Source: an uncultured Rikenellaceae bacterium (lineage in GTDB: Bacteria; Bacteroidota; Bacteroidia; Bacteroidales; VadinHA17). Taken from it: 64,000 nucleotides of DNA. Each line of letters starts with the position of its first letter. The first letter of the stretch is position 1. Below, in pieces: positions 1 to 10,502 of this stretch. The notes under the pieces are model-generated. The model saw nothing but the letters and a program-made list of their open reading frames with translations. It was not told the origin of the DNA and did no database searches. The translations under genes were made by a program, and so were the position numbers. The stretch is taken from contig CAYXSM010000009.1 of the NCBI GenBank assembly GCA_964466705.1, positions 44,308 through 108,307 of the forward strand, read 5' to 3'.

Positions 1-1060
1 GATGATGTTCTTCCCCCAGGTTCCATGTGATACCGAGGTGGTGCGAAAACCTGGCAACAAGCTCCCTCAGGTACAGTTTTCGCTGAACATCAAGATAACC
101 GCAGTCGAGCAGACACTCATTCTCGGTTTCCTGCAGGACGAAATGTTTCATTATGCCAAGTCTGTCGGCATGAGAAAACACTATCTCCCACTGGTCGAGC
201 TTACTGCAATCGAAACGATACCTTTCATTCCGGTCAGTGTACGGCCATACATCTTCTCCGTCACCGAGAATGTTCAGGGTCAGGAAATAAAAACTGTTCA
301 TTCTTTTCGACGAGAGGTAATTCAATGCTCCGATGATTCCTTTTCCTTTCCCGTTTTTCCACAGGGGATCCCCATCGTTCCAGTCCTTAATATGTGGTTC
401 ATAAAGATGAAGACCACTGTTGGGAGCTGCTTCTCCGCTTCTGGATACATTGGCGCCGCCGTAATATGTTCCGTCAAATTCCCTGTAAGCCAGAAAATTT
501 TCGGGTGAATCAGCCCCTCCCTTAAGAAAGTTCTCCCCTGTTCCGGCATGCTTAAGATAATGAGTGCCGTTATAAAAAAGCCTTCCTTTTGAACGGAAAT
601 CAGGAGCTTTCTTGTCTGTCTCTTCAACGATTATCGTACCTTCAGTCCCGTCCATAAAACATTTCTCACCCTGGCTTAAATCATCTGCAACAGCTATATT
701 CTTTCCTTTCAGAAAACTAATTTTGTAGCTCCATTCACCATCGAGGGGGGGACAAAAATGAACCCTCCATTTATCCCCGGCCCTTGCAGATGTTTCTGCC
801 GGGTTACCGTCAGCAGCAAAATAGCCTGGAACCATCAATTTTTGGTTGCCCTGTTCAAATTCAACATCGAGCCGGTAATCGGTAAAAGGATTAATCGTGT
901 CATACTCTCTTGTGAATGGCCCGGTAAAAGTTAAAGTAACATTGTGCCATACTTTTGGTTCTCCGCTGACCTGAGGCTGCGAAGGGGAATTGCACGAACA
1001 AACTGCAATACAGACAATTGCCGGGGCAATGATTAACTTAATAAATCCTGTAGGTTTCAT
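1..1060 (-). CDS. Partial lipoprotein (3' end off-window): DUF5060-like N-terminal beta-sandwich followed by a cellulase-like (GH5-type/DUF4038-like) TIM-barrel glycosidase domain
   Basis: Absent from the ORF track because it has no stop in the window. The reverse complement from the ATG at 1060-1058 reads open to position 2. N-terminus MKPTGFIKLIIAPAIVCIAVCSCNSP has a signal peptide and lipobox-like Cys. NPFTDYRLDVEFEQGNQKLMVPGYFAADGNPAETSARAGDKWRVHFCPPLDGEWSYKISF is the DUF5060 hallmark as I recall it. It continues GENFLKGGADSPENFLAY...NSFYFLTLNILGDGEDVWPY. I checked the frame at four positions. The + ORF 2..508 is its shadow. Confidence 0.7.
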   Translation of the reverse strand, partial: MKPTGFIKLIIAPAIVCIAVCSCNSPSQPQVSGEPKVWHNVTLTFTGPFTREYDTINPFTDYRLDVEFEQGNQKLMVPGYFAADGNPAETSARAGDKWRVHFCPPLDGEWSYKISFLKGKNIAVADDLSQGEKCFMDGTEGTIIVEETDKKAPDFRSKGRLFYNGTHYLKHAGTGENFLKGGADSPENFLAYREFDGTYYGGANVSRSGEAAPNSGLHLYEPHIKDWNDGDPLWKNGKGKGIIGALNYLSSKRMNSFYFLTLNILGDGEDVWPYTDRNERYRFDCSKLDQWEIVFSHADRLGIMKHFVLQETENECLLDCGYLDVQRKLYLRELVARFSHHLGITWNLGEEHH

Positions 1061-1469
1061 CGTTTAATAATTTTTATTTTATCTGTCACAAAGAACCCGC
1101 ATTTATTGAAAGCACACATTATTGCTTGTTTGTGACCGATAGTAAATGAGGAGCTGATAATTCGATTTTGATGATTCATTTGTTCTTTGTATATTTTGGA
1201 TCGGTCATTGCTCTGTCCGGAATAATAACATAAAAATAGGATTTAATTCATTTATGATGTTTGTTATGACAGACAAAAAGCTTTTTGATTGTATAATATC
1301 AGAGGGATATATCAATGGACCGGTTCTTATCTGATGGTTTTGTTCACAGATCAGCAGATAAGGTCCATATCCTTATATATTTTTAATTTTAACCTGTAAA
1401 TCAGTGATTATTGCAAAAATAAAACACATTAAAAAAATTGAATTACTATAATATATTTACATAATCTGT

Positions 1470-1477
1470 TAATTTTG
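1470..1477 (+). promoter_or_regulatory. Candidate Bacteroidota -7 promoter box (TAnnTTTG) for proBA
   Basis: TAATTTTG lies 39 nt upstream of the TTG start at 1516, in a 455-bp AT-rich divergent intergenic region. The motif is short and chance matches are expected in AT-rich DNA. Confidence 0.35.
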
Positions 1478-1515
1478 CGACGAAATTAATTTTAAATAGT
1501 TAAAATAATATCAAA

Positions 1516-2655
1516 TTGAAAAACAGTTCTGTCAATTTAAACAGAGTGGCTGTCAAAGTCGGCAGTAATGTAATTACCAAAGATGACGGATCACTGAATG
1601 AGGAAAGAATGCTGCGGATAGTTGAAGATGTAGCAATTCTTTACAAGCAGGGGATGGAGGTGATTTTGATTTCGTCCGGCGCGGTGGCGGCCGGCCGGGG
1701 AGAGATAGTACCGTCAAAAAAGACCAATATGATTGCATCAAAGCAGGTTCTGGCATCAATCGGACAGGTTAAGCTTATGGCAAAATACCAGTTTCTTTTT
1801 GGCAAGTACGGAATTCAGGCAGGGCAGCTCCTGGCAGCCAAAGAGAGCTTCAGAGACCGCAGGCATTATCTTAATATGAAAAACTGTATTATGGCATTGC
1901 TGGAGAACAGGGTTCTCCCTGTTGTTAATGAAAATGATACAGTATCGGTAAATGAGTTGATGTTCACTGATAACGATGAACTTTCAGGGCTTATTTCAGC
2001 GATGATGGATTGTGAATCACTAATCATCCTGACCAATGTAGATGGCATATACAATGCTGCCCCGGGAACCCCGGGAGCTGAGCTTATAAGGGATATCGAT
2101 TACTCTGTCCCTGAGGATCCTGACAGTTTTATCTCTCCCGTGAAATCAGAATTCGGAAGAGGCGGAATGCTTACAAAATATTCAATAGCACGTAAAATAG
2201 CATCTGAGGGCATTGACGTTTATATAGCAAATGGAAACCGCGATTTCATTATTACTGATATTCTGCGGGGGAAAGACATCCCTTGTACCCGGATAGCGGG
2301 AGGTTCAAGGAAGAAAAACGGTGTAAAGAAATGGCTGAACCACTCCGATACATTTGCCAAAGGCGCAGTATATGTAAATGAAGGGGCAAAGCATGCCCTG
2401 GTTCAAAATAAAGCCACAAGCCTGCTGATGATAGGCATCACAAGGATTGATGGAAGCTTCAGGAGCGGAGATATTGTCAGGATACTCGATGAAGGCGGAA
2501 ATATGATCGGGCTTGGCAAATCTCAGTACGAATCTGAAAAGGCCAGGATGATCATCGGAGAAAAGCAGAGCAGACCGTTTATTCATTATGATTACCTGGT
2601 TATTAATGATGGGGTCAGGGAACAGGTAAACAACAGGATCACAGAAGAAAGATAA
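1516..2655 (+). CDS. proB: Glutamate 5-kinase with C-terminal PUA domain
   Basis: 379 aa. VAVKVGSNVIT and ISSGAVAAGR are amino-acid-kinase fold motifs. The C-terminal segment GDIVRILDEGGNMIGLGKSQY is PUA-like. proA follows after 3 nt. Confidence 0.93.
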   Translation: MKNSSVNLNRVAVKVGSNVITKDDGSLNEERMLRIVEDVAILYKQGMEVILISSGAVAAGRGEIVPSKKTNMIASKQVLASIGQVKLMAKYQFLFGKYGIQAGQLLAAKESFRDRRHYLNMKNCIMALLENRVLPVVNENDTVSVNELMFTDNDELSGLISAMMDCESLIILTNVDGIYNAAPGTPGAELIRDIDYSVPEDPDSFISPVKSEFGRGGMLTKYSIARKIASEGIDVYIANGNRDFIITDILRGKDIPCTRIAGGSRKKNGVKKWLNHSDTFAKGAVYVNEGAKHALVQNKATSLLMIGITRIDGSFRSGDIVRILDEGGNMIGLGKSQYESEKARMIIGEKQSRPFIHYDYLVINDGVREQVNNRITEER

Positions 2656-2658
2656 AGC

Positions 2659-3906
2659 ATGGATATCAAGCCCTTGTTGAAAAAAGCACTGGAAGCCGGC
2701 CGTTCCCTTAATGTAACGGATCCGCAGAAGATTATTGATGCCTTACTGGTTATTGCTGAAGATGCCCTGTCGAATACGGAATATATTCTGTCAGAGAACA
2801 GGAAAGACCTGGCTTTGATGAAGGAGTCAGATCCCAGATATGACCGGCTTCTTCTTAATCCTCAACGTATTGAAGGCATTGCCTCGGATATTAAAAATGT
2901 AACATGCATGCCTTCACCGCTGGGAAGGATCCTTTCAGAGAACCGAAGACCTAACGGGCTCCTGATATCCAGAATATCAGTTCCCTTCGGAGTAATTGGT
3001 GTGATTTATGAGGCCAGACCAAATGTTACATTTGACGTATTCTCCCTGTGTCTTAAATCTGGCAATGCATGTATACTTAAAGGAGGAAGTGACGCAATTC
3101 ATTCGAACACAGCCATTGTAAGTATTATAAAAAATGCTCTTCGCAGATCCGGTATTTGCGAGGATATTGTTACCCTGCTTCCGGCCGGAAGAGATGAAAC
3201 AGCCCAGTTGCTAAAAGCCCGGGAATATGTAGATCTTATCATCCCAAGGGGAAGCCGTGAACTTATCGATTTTGTAAGAGATAACTCATCCATCCCCGTT
3301 ATCGAAACCGGTGCAGGAATATGCCATACATATTTTGATGAATTTGGTGACAGGGAAAAGGGGAAAAAAATAGTTAACAATGCAAAAACACGCAGGGTAA
3401 GCGTATGCAATGCACTTGACTGTCTTATAATTCATGAAAACAGACTTGATGATCTGAGCTACATTGTTGAACTTTGCAAAGATTCTGATGTTGTAATATA
3501 TGCGGACAATAGTTCTTACAGGGCTTTAAAAGGCAGCTACCCGGATGAATTATTGAAAAAAGCCAACCGGGAGTCATTTGGAACAGAATTTCTTTCTTAC
3601 AAAATGGCAGTAAAAACAGTCAGATCAGTACAGGACGCAATAGAACATATAAATATTTACGGATCACGGCACAGCGAAGCCATTATATCAGAAAATGATG
3701 ATAATATACATCTGTTTGAAAGTCTGGTTGATGCATCTTCAGTATATTCAAACACTTCAACGGCTTTTACCGACGGAGCAGAATTCGGGCTGGGATCAGA
3801 AATAGGAATTTCGACACAGAAGCTTCATGCAAGAGGCCCGATGGCTCTTGAAGCTTTGACAACATACAAATGGATTATTGCCGGAAACGGCCAGATAAGG
3901 AAATGA
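2659..3906 (+). CDS. proA: Gamma-glutamyl phosphate reductase
   Basis: 415 aa. [24 protein letters not shown] (catalytic Cys region) and [13 protein letters not shown] are typical of ProA. Adjacent to proB. Confidence 0.93.
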   Translation: MDIKPLLKKALEAGRSLNVTDPQKIIDALLVIAEDALSNTEYILSENRKDLALMKESDPRYDRLLLNPQRIEGIASDIKNVTCMPSPLGRILSENRRPNGLLISRISVPFGVIGVIYEARPNVTFDVFSLCLKSGNACILKGGSDAIHSNTAIVSIIKNALRRSGICEDIVTLLPAGRDETAQLLKAREYVDLIIPRGSRELIDFVRDNSSIPVIETGAGICHTYFDEFGDREKGKKIVNNAKTRRVSVCNALDCLIIHENRLDDLSYIVELCKDSDVVIYADNSSYRALKGSYPDELLKKANRESFGTEFLSYKMAVKTVRSVQDAIEHINIYGSRHSEAIISENDDNIHLFESLVDASSVYSNTSTAFTDGAEFGLGSEIGISTQKLHARGPMALEALTTYKWIIAGNGQIRK

Positions 3907-3925
3907 CAGAATCAATCCTGAATAA

Positions 3926-6199
3926 ATGACATCTGATATCGGACACATCAAGTTATTCTATGAACATCTGGAAGCCAGGAGCCTTAAGATTAAGGAAAGA
4001 GCCGGCCGGCCACTGACACTTGCAGAAAAGCTTCTTTTCCTCCATCTTTCTGAAGAGATAAATCCGCTTCCCTCCGGCAAAAATCGGGGATATTATGATT
4101 TCTCACCCGACAGGGTGGCCATGCAGGATGCAACAGCACAAATGGCTTTGCTTCAGTTCATGGTGACGGGAAATCTTCGCTCAGCGGTTCCTTCGTCCGT
4201 TCATTGTGACCATCTTATAACCGCTGCTGACGGTGCTGACAACGACCTGAAACTCGCCCTTGAAGCAAACAGGGAAGTTTATGATTTTCTAAGATCAGCA
4301 TGCATTAAGTATGGTATTGATTTCTGGGAACCCGGCTCGGGAATAATACACCAGATCATTCTGGAAAACTATGCTTTCCCGGGGGGAATGATCATCGGTT
4401 CAGATTCACATACTCCCAATGCCGGAGGATTGGGAATGATGGCAATAGGCGTCGGAGGTGCAGACGTTATGGATGTAATGGCGGGAATGAACTGGGAGCT
4501 GAAATTACCTTCGGTCACAGGAGTAAAACTTAACGGAAAACTTGGCGGGTGGACTTCTGCAAAGGATATAATATTGAAAATAAACGGATTATTTACGGTC
4601 AGGGGTGGCACCGGCCATATTATTGAGTACTTTGGAGAGGGAGCTGAACACCTGTCATGTACAGGCAAGGCCACAATCTGCAATATGGGTGCTGAAACAG
4701 GAGCCACATCGTCAGTTTTTGGATTCGACAGCTCAATGTCAGAGTATCTGAAAGTAACAGGCAGAGAAGAGGTTGCCGCTCTTGCTGAAGCTAATTCAAT
4801 GTTTCTCGTCGCTGATCCGGAAGTCCATGAAAATCCTGGAAAGTATTACGACAGGTTCATTGAAATAAACCTCTCTGATCTGGAACCATACATCAACGGA
4901 CCTTTTACCCCTGACAGGGCAATACCTGTCTCCCGGATGAAAAGTGAGGCTGAAAAGAACGGATGGCCGGTAAAGGTTGAGACCGGTCTTATAGGTTCCT
5001 GTACCAATTCATCTTATGAAGATATGACCCGCTCAGCTTCTGTGGTAAGGCAGGCCATATCGCTTGATCTTGTATTCAAATCAGAATTCAAGATAACTCC
5101 GGGGTCTGAACAAATCAAAACACTGGCAGAAAAAGACGGACTTATAGCTCTCTTCAGGTCAGCGGGAGGAGATGTGCTGGCAAATGCATGCGGCCCCTGC
5201 ATAGGTCAGTGGAAGAGAAAAAGATCGGCAGCAACGGATCCAAATACCATTATACATTCATTCAACAGAAATTTCTCGGGAAGAGCCGACGGTAACCCGA
5301 ACACTCATGCATTCGTGGCCTCACCAGAAATGGTTACGGCTATATCTCTTGCCGGAAAACTTACTTTTAATCCCCTTACTGACTATATTGAGAACACAAA
5401 TGGTGAAAAAGTGAGGTTGTCTGAACCGGCAGGAAAAAGTCTGCCTGCGGAAGGCTTTCCCGGGACTGCCCGAAAGGAAAAACCTCTGTCATACATTGAT
5501 AGTGTGGAAATTCTTATTAGTCCGGAGTCTGAAAGGCTGCAGAAACTCACTCCCTTCCCTGAATGGGAGGGATCAGACCTTTTAAATATGCCTCTTTTAA
5601 TTAAAGCGGGCGGTAAGTGTACAACTGACCATATTTCGATGGCAGGCCCGTGGCTAAGGTACCGCGGACATCTGAAGAATATTTCCCGCAATTATATGAT
5701 AGGAGCCCGAAATTTTTTCAACGGTAAGGAAAACACCATTCTTAATCAGCTAACGGGAACATACGGAGCTGTGCCGGATATTGCAAAGATCTATCGCGAT
5801 GTTGGATTAGGGTCAGTGGTTGTGGGAGAAGATAATTTTGGCGAGGGTTCATCCCGTGAGCATGCCGCGATGGAGCCCAGGTTCTTGGGTGTCAGAGTGG
5901 TACTGGTAAAATCTTTTGCCAGAATACATGAGACAAACCTGAAAAAGCAGGGGATTCTTACTCTTACTTTTACAGATAATGCTGACTATGACAGGATAAG
6001 GGAAACAGACAGGATGGATGTTACGGGGCTCACAGAGTTTGCTCCGGGAAAACCTCTGGTTGTCAGGTTGCATCACCAGGACGGTACAGGTGAAGAATTC
6101 ATGGCCGATCACTCATATAATGAGGCGCAGATCTCATGGTTTAAAGCCGGAAGTGCCTTAAACCTTATCAGGAAATATAAAAATGAAGGTTATGGCTGA
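3926..6199 (+). CDS. acnA: Aconitate hydratase (about 750-aa type)
   Basis: 757 aa. Fe-S ligand motifs [25 protein letters not shown] and [10 protein letters not shown] are present, plus swivel-domain [15 protein letters not shown]. Confidence 0.93.
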   Translation: MTSDIGHIKLFYEHLEARSLKIKERAGRPLTLAEKLLFLHLSEEINPLPSGKNRGYYDFSPDRVAMQDATAQMALLQFMVTGNLRSAVPSSVHCDHLITAADGADNDLKLALEANREVYDFLRSACIKYGIDFWEPGSGIIHQIILENYAFPGGMIIGSDSHTPNAGGLGMMAIGVGGADVMDVMAGMNWELKLPSVTGVKLNGKLGGWTSAKDIILKINGLFTVRGGTGHIIEYFGEGAEHLSCTGKATICNMGAETGATSSVFGFDSSMSEYLKVTGREEVAALAEANSMFLVADPEVHENPGKYYDRFIEINLSDLEPYINGPFTPDRAIPVSRMKSEAEKNGWPVKVETGLIGSCTNSSYEDMTRSASVVRQAISLDLVFKSEFKITPGSEQIKTLAEKDGLIALFRSAGGDVLANACGPCIGQWKRKRSAATDPNTIIHSFNRNFSGRADGNPNTHAFVASPEMVTAISLAGKLTFNPLTDYIENTNGEKVRLSEPAGKSLPAEGFPGTARKEKPLSYIDSVEILISPESERLQKLTPFPEWEGSDLLNMPLLIKAGGKCTTDHISMAGPWLRYRGHLKNISRNYMIGARNFFNGKENTILNQLTGTYGAVPDIAKIYRDVGLGSVVVGEDNFGEGSSREHAAMEPRFLGVRVVLVKSFARIHETNLKKQGILTLTFTDNADYDRIRETDRMDVTGLTEFAPGKPLVVRLHHQDGTGEEFMADHSYNEAQISWFKAGSALNLIRKYKNEGYG

Positions 6200-7454
6200 A
6201 AAAATAAAAATTTGCCAGGGCAAGCTCCAGGTTTCTGACAATCCGCTGATCCCGTTTATTGAGGGTGACGGTACCGGTCCGGATATCTGGAACGCCTCTG
6301 TGCGCGTTTTCGATGCCGCAGTAGGTAAGGCTTACAGTGGCAAAAGGAAAATAGTATGGAAAGAGGTTTTTGCAGGTGAGAAATCATTTAATATTACAGG
6401 AAACTGGCTGCCTGATGAAACCCTGGATTCTTTCAGGGAGTGTCTGGTGGGAATTAAGGGACCTCTCACAACACCGGTGGGAGGCGGAATGCGTTCCCTG
6501 AACGTAGCTTTGAGGCAGGAACTGGATCTTTATACATGTTACCGGCCTGTACGTTATTTTAAAGGTGTCCCCGGACCTGTAAAAAATCCTGAAAAGGTCA
6601 ATATGCATATTTTCAGGGAAAATACCGAGGATATTTATGCCGGAATTGAATATATGCATGGGTCTCCCGAGACAGACAAACTAAAGAGGTTCCTGATCGA
6701 CGAAATGGGGGTGAAATCCATACGCTTCCCGGGAACATCCTCATTAGGGATCAAACCTGTGTCGGTCGAAGGAACAGAGCGCCTTGTCAGGCAGGCTGTT
6801 AAATTTGCGGTTGAACGATACCTTCCTTCAGTCACTCTGGTTCACAAGGGTAACATCATGAAATATACTGAAGGAGCTTTTATGAAATGGGGCTATGCTC
6901 TTGCCGGGAGGGAATTTGGCAACAGGGTATTCACCTGGATGCAATATAAAAACATATCTCTGGAAAAAGGGGAAAAAATTGCAAACGAAGCGCTTCAGAA
7001 TGCATCTGCTGAAGGCAAAGTAATCATAAAGGATGTCATCGCCGATGCATTTTTGCAGCAAATACTTACCCGGCCATCGGAATATTCGGTAATAGCTACT
7101 CTCAACCTCAACGGCGATTACATATCTGATGCTCTTGCCGCCATTGTCGGAGGCATAGGAATAGCTCCGGGTGCGAACATTAATTTTGAGACAGGACATG
7201 CGATATTTGAAGCCACACACGGCACTGCTCCGAAATATGCAAATCTGGATAAGGTAAATCCCGGATCTCTTATATTGTCAGGAGCTCTTATGCTGGAATA
7301 TATCGGATGGAATGAGGCTGCGGAAAAAATTTACAAAGGCCTTGAAGATACTATCCGGAGCGGCCGGGTTACTTATGATTTTCACAGGCTGATGAACAAC
7401 GCTACACTTCTTAAAACATCTGAATTTGCTGATGCTGTTATCTTAAATATGTAA
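6183..7454 (+). CDS. icd: NADP-dependent isocitrate dehydrogenase
   Basis: 423 aa. Motifs [39 protein letters not shown] and [13 protein letters not shown]. The start overlaps the acn stop by 17 nt; an alternative Met at 6192 also overlaps. Confidence 0.93.
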   Translation: MKVMAEKIKICQGKLQVSDNPLIPFIEGDGTGPDIWNASVRVFDAAVGKAYSGKRKIVWKEVFAGEKSFNITGNWLPDETLDSFRECLVGIKGPLTTPVGGGMRSLNVALRQELDLYTCYRPVRYFKGVPGPVKNPEKVNMHIFRENTEDIYAGIEYMHGSPETDKLKRFLIDEMGVKSIRFPGTSSLGIKPVSVEGTERLVRQAVKFAVERYLPSVTLVHKGNIMKYTEGAFMKWGYALAGREFGNRVFTWMQYKNISLEKGEKIANEALQNASAEGKVIIKDVIADAFLQQILTRPSEYSVIATLNLNGDYISDALAAIVGGIGIAPGANINFETGHAIFEATHGTAPKYANLDKVNPGSLILSGALMLEYIGWNEAAEKIYKGLEDTIRSGRVTYDFHRLMNNATLLKTSEFADAVILNM

Positions 7455-7464
7455 TACTTCATTT

Positions 7465-8820
7465 ATGGAAGACGACGCTTTCTTTTCAAGACTGGAAAAT
7501 CTGGTAACCGATGCCTGCAGGATTGACAATGACTTGTTTGAAAAATATGACGTTAAACGAGGTCTGAGAAACAATGACCGTACCGGTGTACTGGTGGGGT
7601 TGACAAATATAGGAGATGTTGTTGGTTACACTAAAGAGAACAACAAAATCACAGCCGTGCCGGGAAGACTGTTATACCGCGGCATAAGTATTGATGAAAT
7701 AACCCATGGATTCCAGAGGGAACAAAGGCATGGATTTGATGAAACGATATATCTTTTGCTGACAGGCATGCTGCCGGACAGACAAGAACTTGAAGATTTT
7801 TCAGCACATCTTGCTTCCCTCAGATCGTTGCCTGACAGTTTTATCAATGATATGATATTGTCACTCAAAGGAAAAGATGTGCTTAACATGCTTGCACGTT
7901 CAGTACTCGGCCTGTACACTCTCGACAATGCTCCTGATGATATTTCAGTTGGTAATATGATAAGGCAGTCATTGAACCTGATAGCCAAATTTCCTGCTAT
8001 AGTTGCATATGCATATCAGGCACTCAGGCATGCATATCACAGAAAAACACTTTCCATCCGTCATCCGGATACCAGCCTTACGACTGCCGAAAATTTTCTT
8101 CATCTCATAAAAGGAGAGGGTTCTTATACCAGACTTGAAGCCGACCTTATTGATCTCTCCCTTGTGCTTCATGCCGAACACGGTGGTGGTAACAATTCCA
8201 CTTTCACTATGAGAGTTACGAGCTCAACGGAAACAGATATCTATTCGGCTGTGACCTCAGCAATCGGCTCGTTAAAAGGTCCTCTGCATGGCGGTGCTAA
8301 CCTGAGGGTGCTGGAGATGATGGAAAATATCAAGAAAAATGTAAGGGACTGGAACGACAGGGATGAAATCGAAAGGTACCTTTTAAGGATCCTGAATAAA
8401 GATGCCAATGATAATTCAGGTAAGATCTATGGTATCGGGCATGCTGTATATACTATTTCCGATCCAAGAGCCATACTGCTGAAGGAAAAGGCCAGGGAAC
8501 TGGCAATGGAAGAGGGAAGATCAGAAGAGTTCAACCTTTACTCATTGGTGGAAGAGGCCACTCCTGAGGTGTTCAGAAAGTTCAAGGGAGAACAATCCAC
8601 CAAAATTGTATGTATTAATGTTGATTTTTATTCGGGATTTGTATACTCCTGTATTGGTATCCCGAAAGAACTTTATACGCCTCTCTTCGCACTGGCAAGA
8701 GTGGCAGGGTGGTGTGCACACCGTATAGAGGAACTCACATTCCCGGCAAAAAGAATAATCAGACCGGCATTCAAGAATGTTTATGGACGAAAGGATTATA
8801 TTCCCTTACTTAACAGGTGA
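7465..8820 (+). CDS. gltA: Citrate synthase
   Basis: 451 aa. Citrate synthase motifs LVLHAEHGGGNNSTF, GPLHGGAN, GIGHAVY and NVDFYSG. Third gene of the acn-icd-cs string. Confidence 0.92.
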   Translation: MEDDAFFSRLENLVTDACRIDNDLFEKYDVKRGLRNNDRTGVLVGLTNIGDVVGYTKENNKITAVPGRLLYRGISIDEITHGFQREQRHGFDETIYLLLTGMLPDRQELEDFSAHLASLRSLPDSFINDMILSLKGKDVLNMLARSVLGLYTLDNAPDDISVGNMIRQSLNLIAKFPAIVAYAYQALRHAYHRKTLSIRHPDTSLTTAENFLHLIKGEGSYTRLEADLIDLSLVLHAEHGGGNNSTFTMRVTSSTETDIYSAVTSAIGSLKGPLHGGANLRVLEMMENIKKNVRDWNDRDEIERYLLRILNKDANDNSGKIYGIGHAVYTISDPRAILLKEKARELAMEEGRSEEFNLYSLVEEATPEVFRKFKGEQSTKIVCINVDFYSGFVYSCIGIPKELYTPLFALARVAGWCAHRIEELTFPAKRIIRPAFKNVYGRKDYIPLLNR

Positions 8821-9158
8821 GGTTGCATAACCAGGATATTTTGTTACTGTATCAGTCCCGTTTTATCAGGTATACTACTTTTTTACACGCCGTCCTCAGG
8901 AATTATAAAACCACTTTCCTGATTGCTTTAAGCTGCAATAATAAAGCCCTGAACGATTATGACTAAGATCCACAACCTGTCAAATTGTTTGGTTATTATC
9001 AGAAAAGACCATGGTTGATCACTTTTCTGTAAAATCAGCTCCATTCCACAAATAAAGTTTAAGATATAAAGTTGGCATTCAGCCTTGAATTGCCTAATTT
9101 TAATATCTGATTGGACCATTCCCGGATCAGTCAGATTTATTTAACCTGCTACCTGAAA

Positions 9159-10460
9159 ATGAGATCCTTCCGGTTGTGCCTGATCCCCCTGTTATTGATT
9201 GGTTTCTCCGCATGTCATAACAAAAGAGGCAGCTTGTTTATTTTTTTGGAATCTGAACAGGGGGTCAGTCTTTATGAAAGAGGGAAGCCGGTGTATTTTT
9301 ATCAGAAAACACCCAAAACTCTTCATAATGAGTACATCTGCAATAATTACCTCCATCCTTTGTATTCGCCGGGAGGTGACACTTTAACTGAAGAATCGCC
9401 TGGCGACCATCCATATCACAGGGGTATTTTCTGGGCGTGGCATCAGGTATATGTTGATGACATAAGTGTTGCTGACGGGTGGATAATGCAGGATCTTTCC
9501 CTTGAAGTTGCCAAAATTACAACCGATATCACCGGGTCTTCTGCAGGCCTGAATGCCGAAGTTCTGTGGAAATCACCCAACTGGCAGTATAATAAGCCTT
9601 TCGTCAGGGAAAATACCATTATCACCGTTAATAAAAGTAATAAAAACAGCCGCCGGATTGATTTTGAAATAAGGCTCAGGGCGCTTGTGCCGGATGTTAC
9701 CATTGGTGGATCGGATGATGAAAAGGGATATGGCGGATTGTGCTTCAGGATCAAAATGCCTGATGACCTGGTATTTAGTTCCGAGACGGGACAGGTTGAG
9801 CCTCAGACCGGACAGGTCACGGCCGGATCATGGATGGATATGTCGGGTTCTTTTGGCAGAGGCGGAGAAAAATACGGCATAACAATTTTTTGCAATCCCC
9901 TGACACCAAATTTTCCTGCACCATGGATCCTGCGCCAGACAGGAAGCATGCAGAATATAGTCTTCCCGGGCCGCCAGAGGGTTGTTGTACCCGTTGACAG
10001 GGATCTTGTTCTAAAATACCAGATGCTGATTCATAAAGGAGATAAAGCGTATATCAAAACAGTTAATCCGGCTGACGTTGTTTCTGTTGATGATGTGATC
10101 GACATTACTAATCGTATGAATCCGGAAGGTATCCTGGCATGGAATCCGCCTGAAGGAAACCGGGAAATATTACGGACAGGTTATACTGCCACCATGGCAC
10201 AGAACGCACCAGCCACTTCAGCAGGAAGAGGGCTTGAATGCGACAAAATGGATACAGCTGAGCTTATAGAAGAATATTATTACAGTCACTTTGGTCAACT
10301 CTGCAGGCGGAACGGAATAAGATCTCATGCAGAAGTGATCTGTGGCGGAACAGGATATCCTCCTCTCGATATCCTGAGATCCAATAATTATTTTGATGTC
10401 CCGATGTTTGAATTCCGGGCCAGACAAGACAATGAGACAGGCATGGTCAGCCCTGTATAA
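9159..10460 (+). CDS. PmoA-like/DUF6807 lipoprotein carrying an in-frame C-terminal fragment of a large glycosyl hydrolase
   Basis: The track ORF starts at 9111. I prefer Met at 9159 (MRSFRLCLIPLLLIGFSACHNK, signal plus lipobox). NNYLHPLYSPGGDTLTEESPGDHPYHRGIFWAWHQV matches my recollection of DUF6807/PmoA-family proteins. The domain seems to end near LIHKGD (about 10043). The last 130 aa or so look foreign (see findings). Confidence 0.6.
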   Translation: MRSFRLCLIPLLLIGFSACHNKRGSLFIFLESEQGVSLYERGKPVYFYQKTPKTLHNEYICNNYLHPLYSPGGDTLTEESPGDHPYHRGIFWAWHQVYVDDISVADGWIMQDLSLEVAKITTDITGSSAGLNAEVLWKSPNWQYNKPFVRENTIITVNKSNKNSRRIDFEIRLRALVPDVTIGGSDDEKGYGGLCFRIKMPDDLVFSSETGQVEPQTGQVTAGSWMDMSGSFGRGGEKYGITIFCNPLTPNFPAPWILRQTGSMQNIVFPGRQRVVVPVDRDLVLKYQMLIHKGDKAYIKTVNPADVVSVDDVIDITNRMNPEGILAWNPPEGNREILRTGYTATMAQNAPATSAGRGLECDKMDTAELIEEYYYSHFGQLCRRNGIRSHAEVICGGTGYPPLDILRSNNYFDVPMFEFRARQDNETGMVSPV

Positions 10461-10502
10461 TATTGGCTGTGATGATTAAATTACTGAATTGAGGACCTGG
10501 CA

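Noticed and set aside
2-508. 168-aa + strand ORF at the left edge
   Set aside because: It lies antisense to an uninterrupted minus-strand frame (1..1060) that has a lipoprotein signal and recognisable DUF5060/glycosidase-like motifs. The + ORF has no recognisable motifs, so it is a shadow ORF. The same applies to 322..627(-), which is in a different frame from the real gene.
745-751. G7 homopolymer (C7 on the coding strand) inside the partial glycosidase gene, a possible slipped-strand phase-variation tract
   Set aside because: The frame is intact through it (it encodes Pro-Pro-Leu). Seven residues is short for a contingency locus, and a single tract in one sequence gives no evidence of length variation.
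8928-9119. 63-aa minus-strand ORF between the citrate synthase and DUF6807 genes
   Set aside because: No recognisable features. It overlaps the probable promoter region of the 9159 gene and is treated as spurious.
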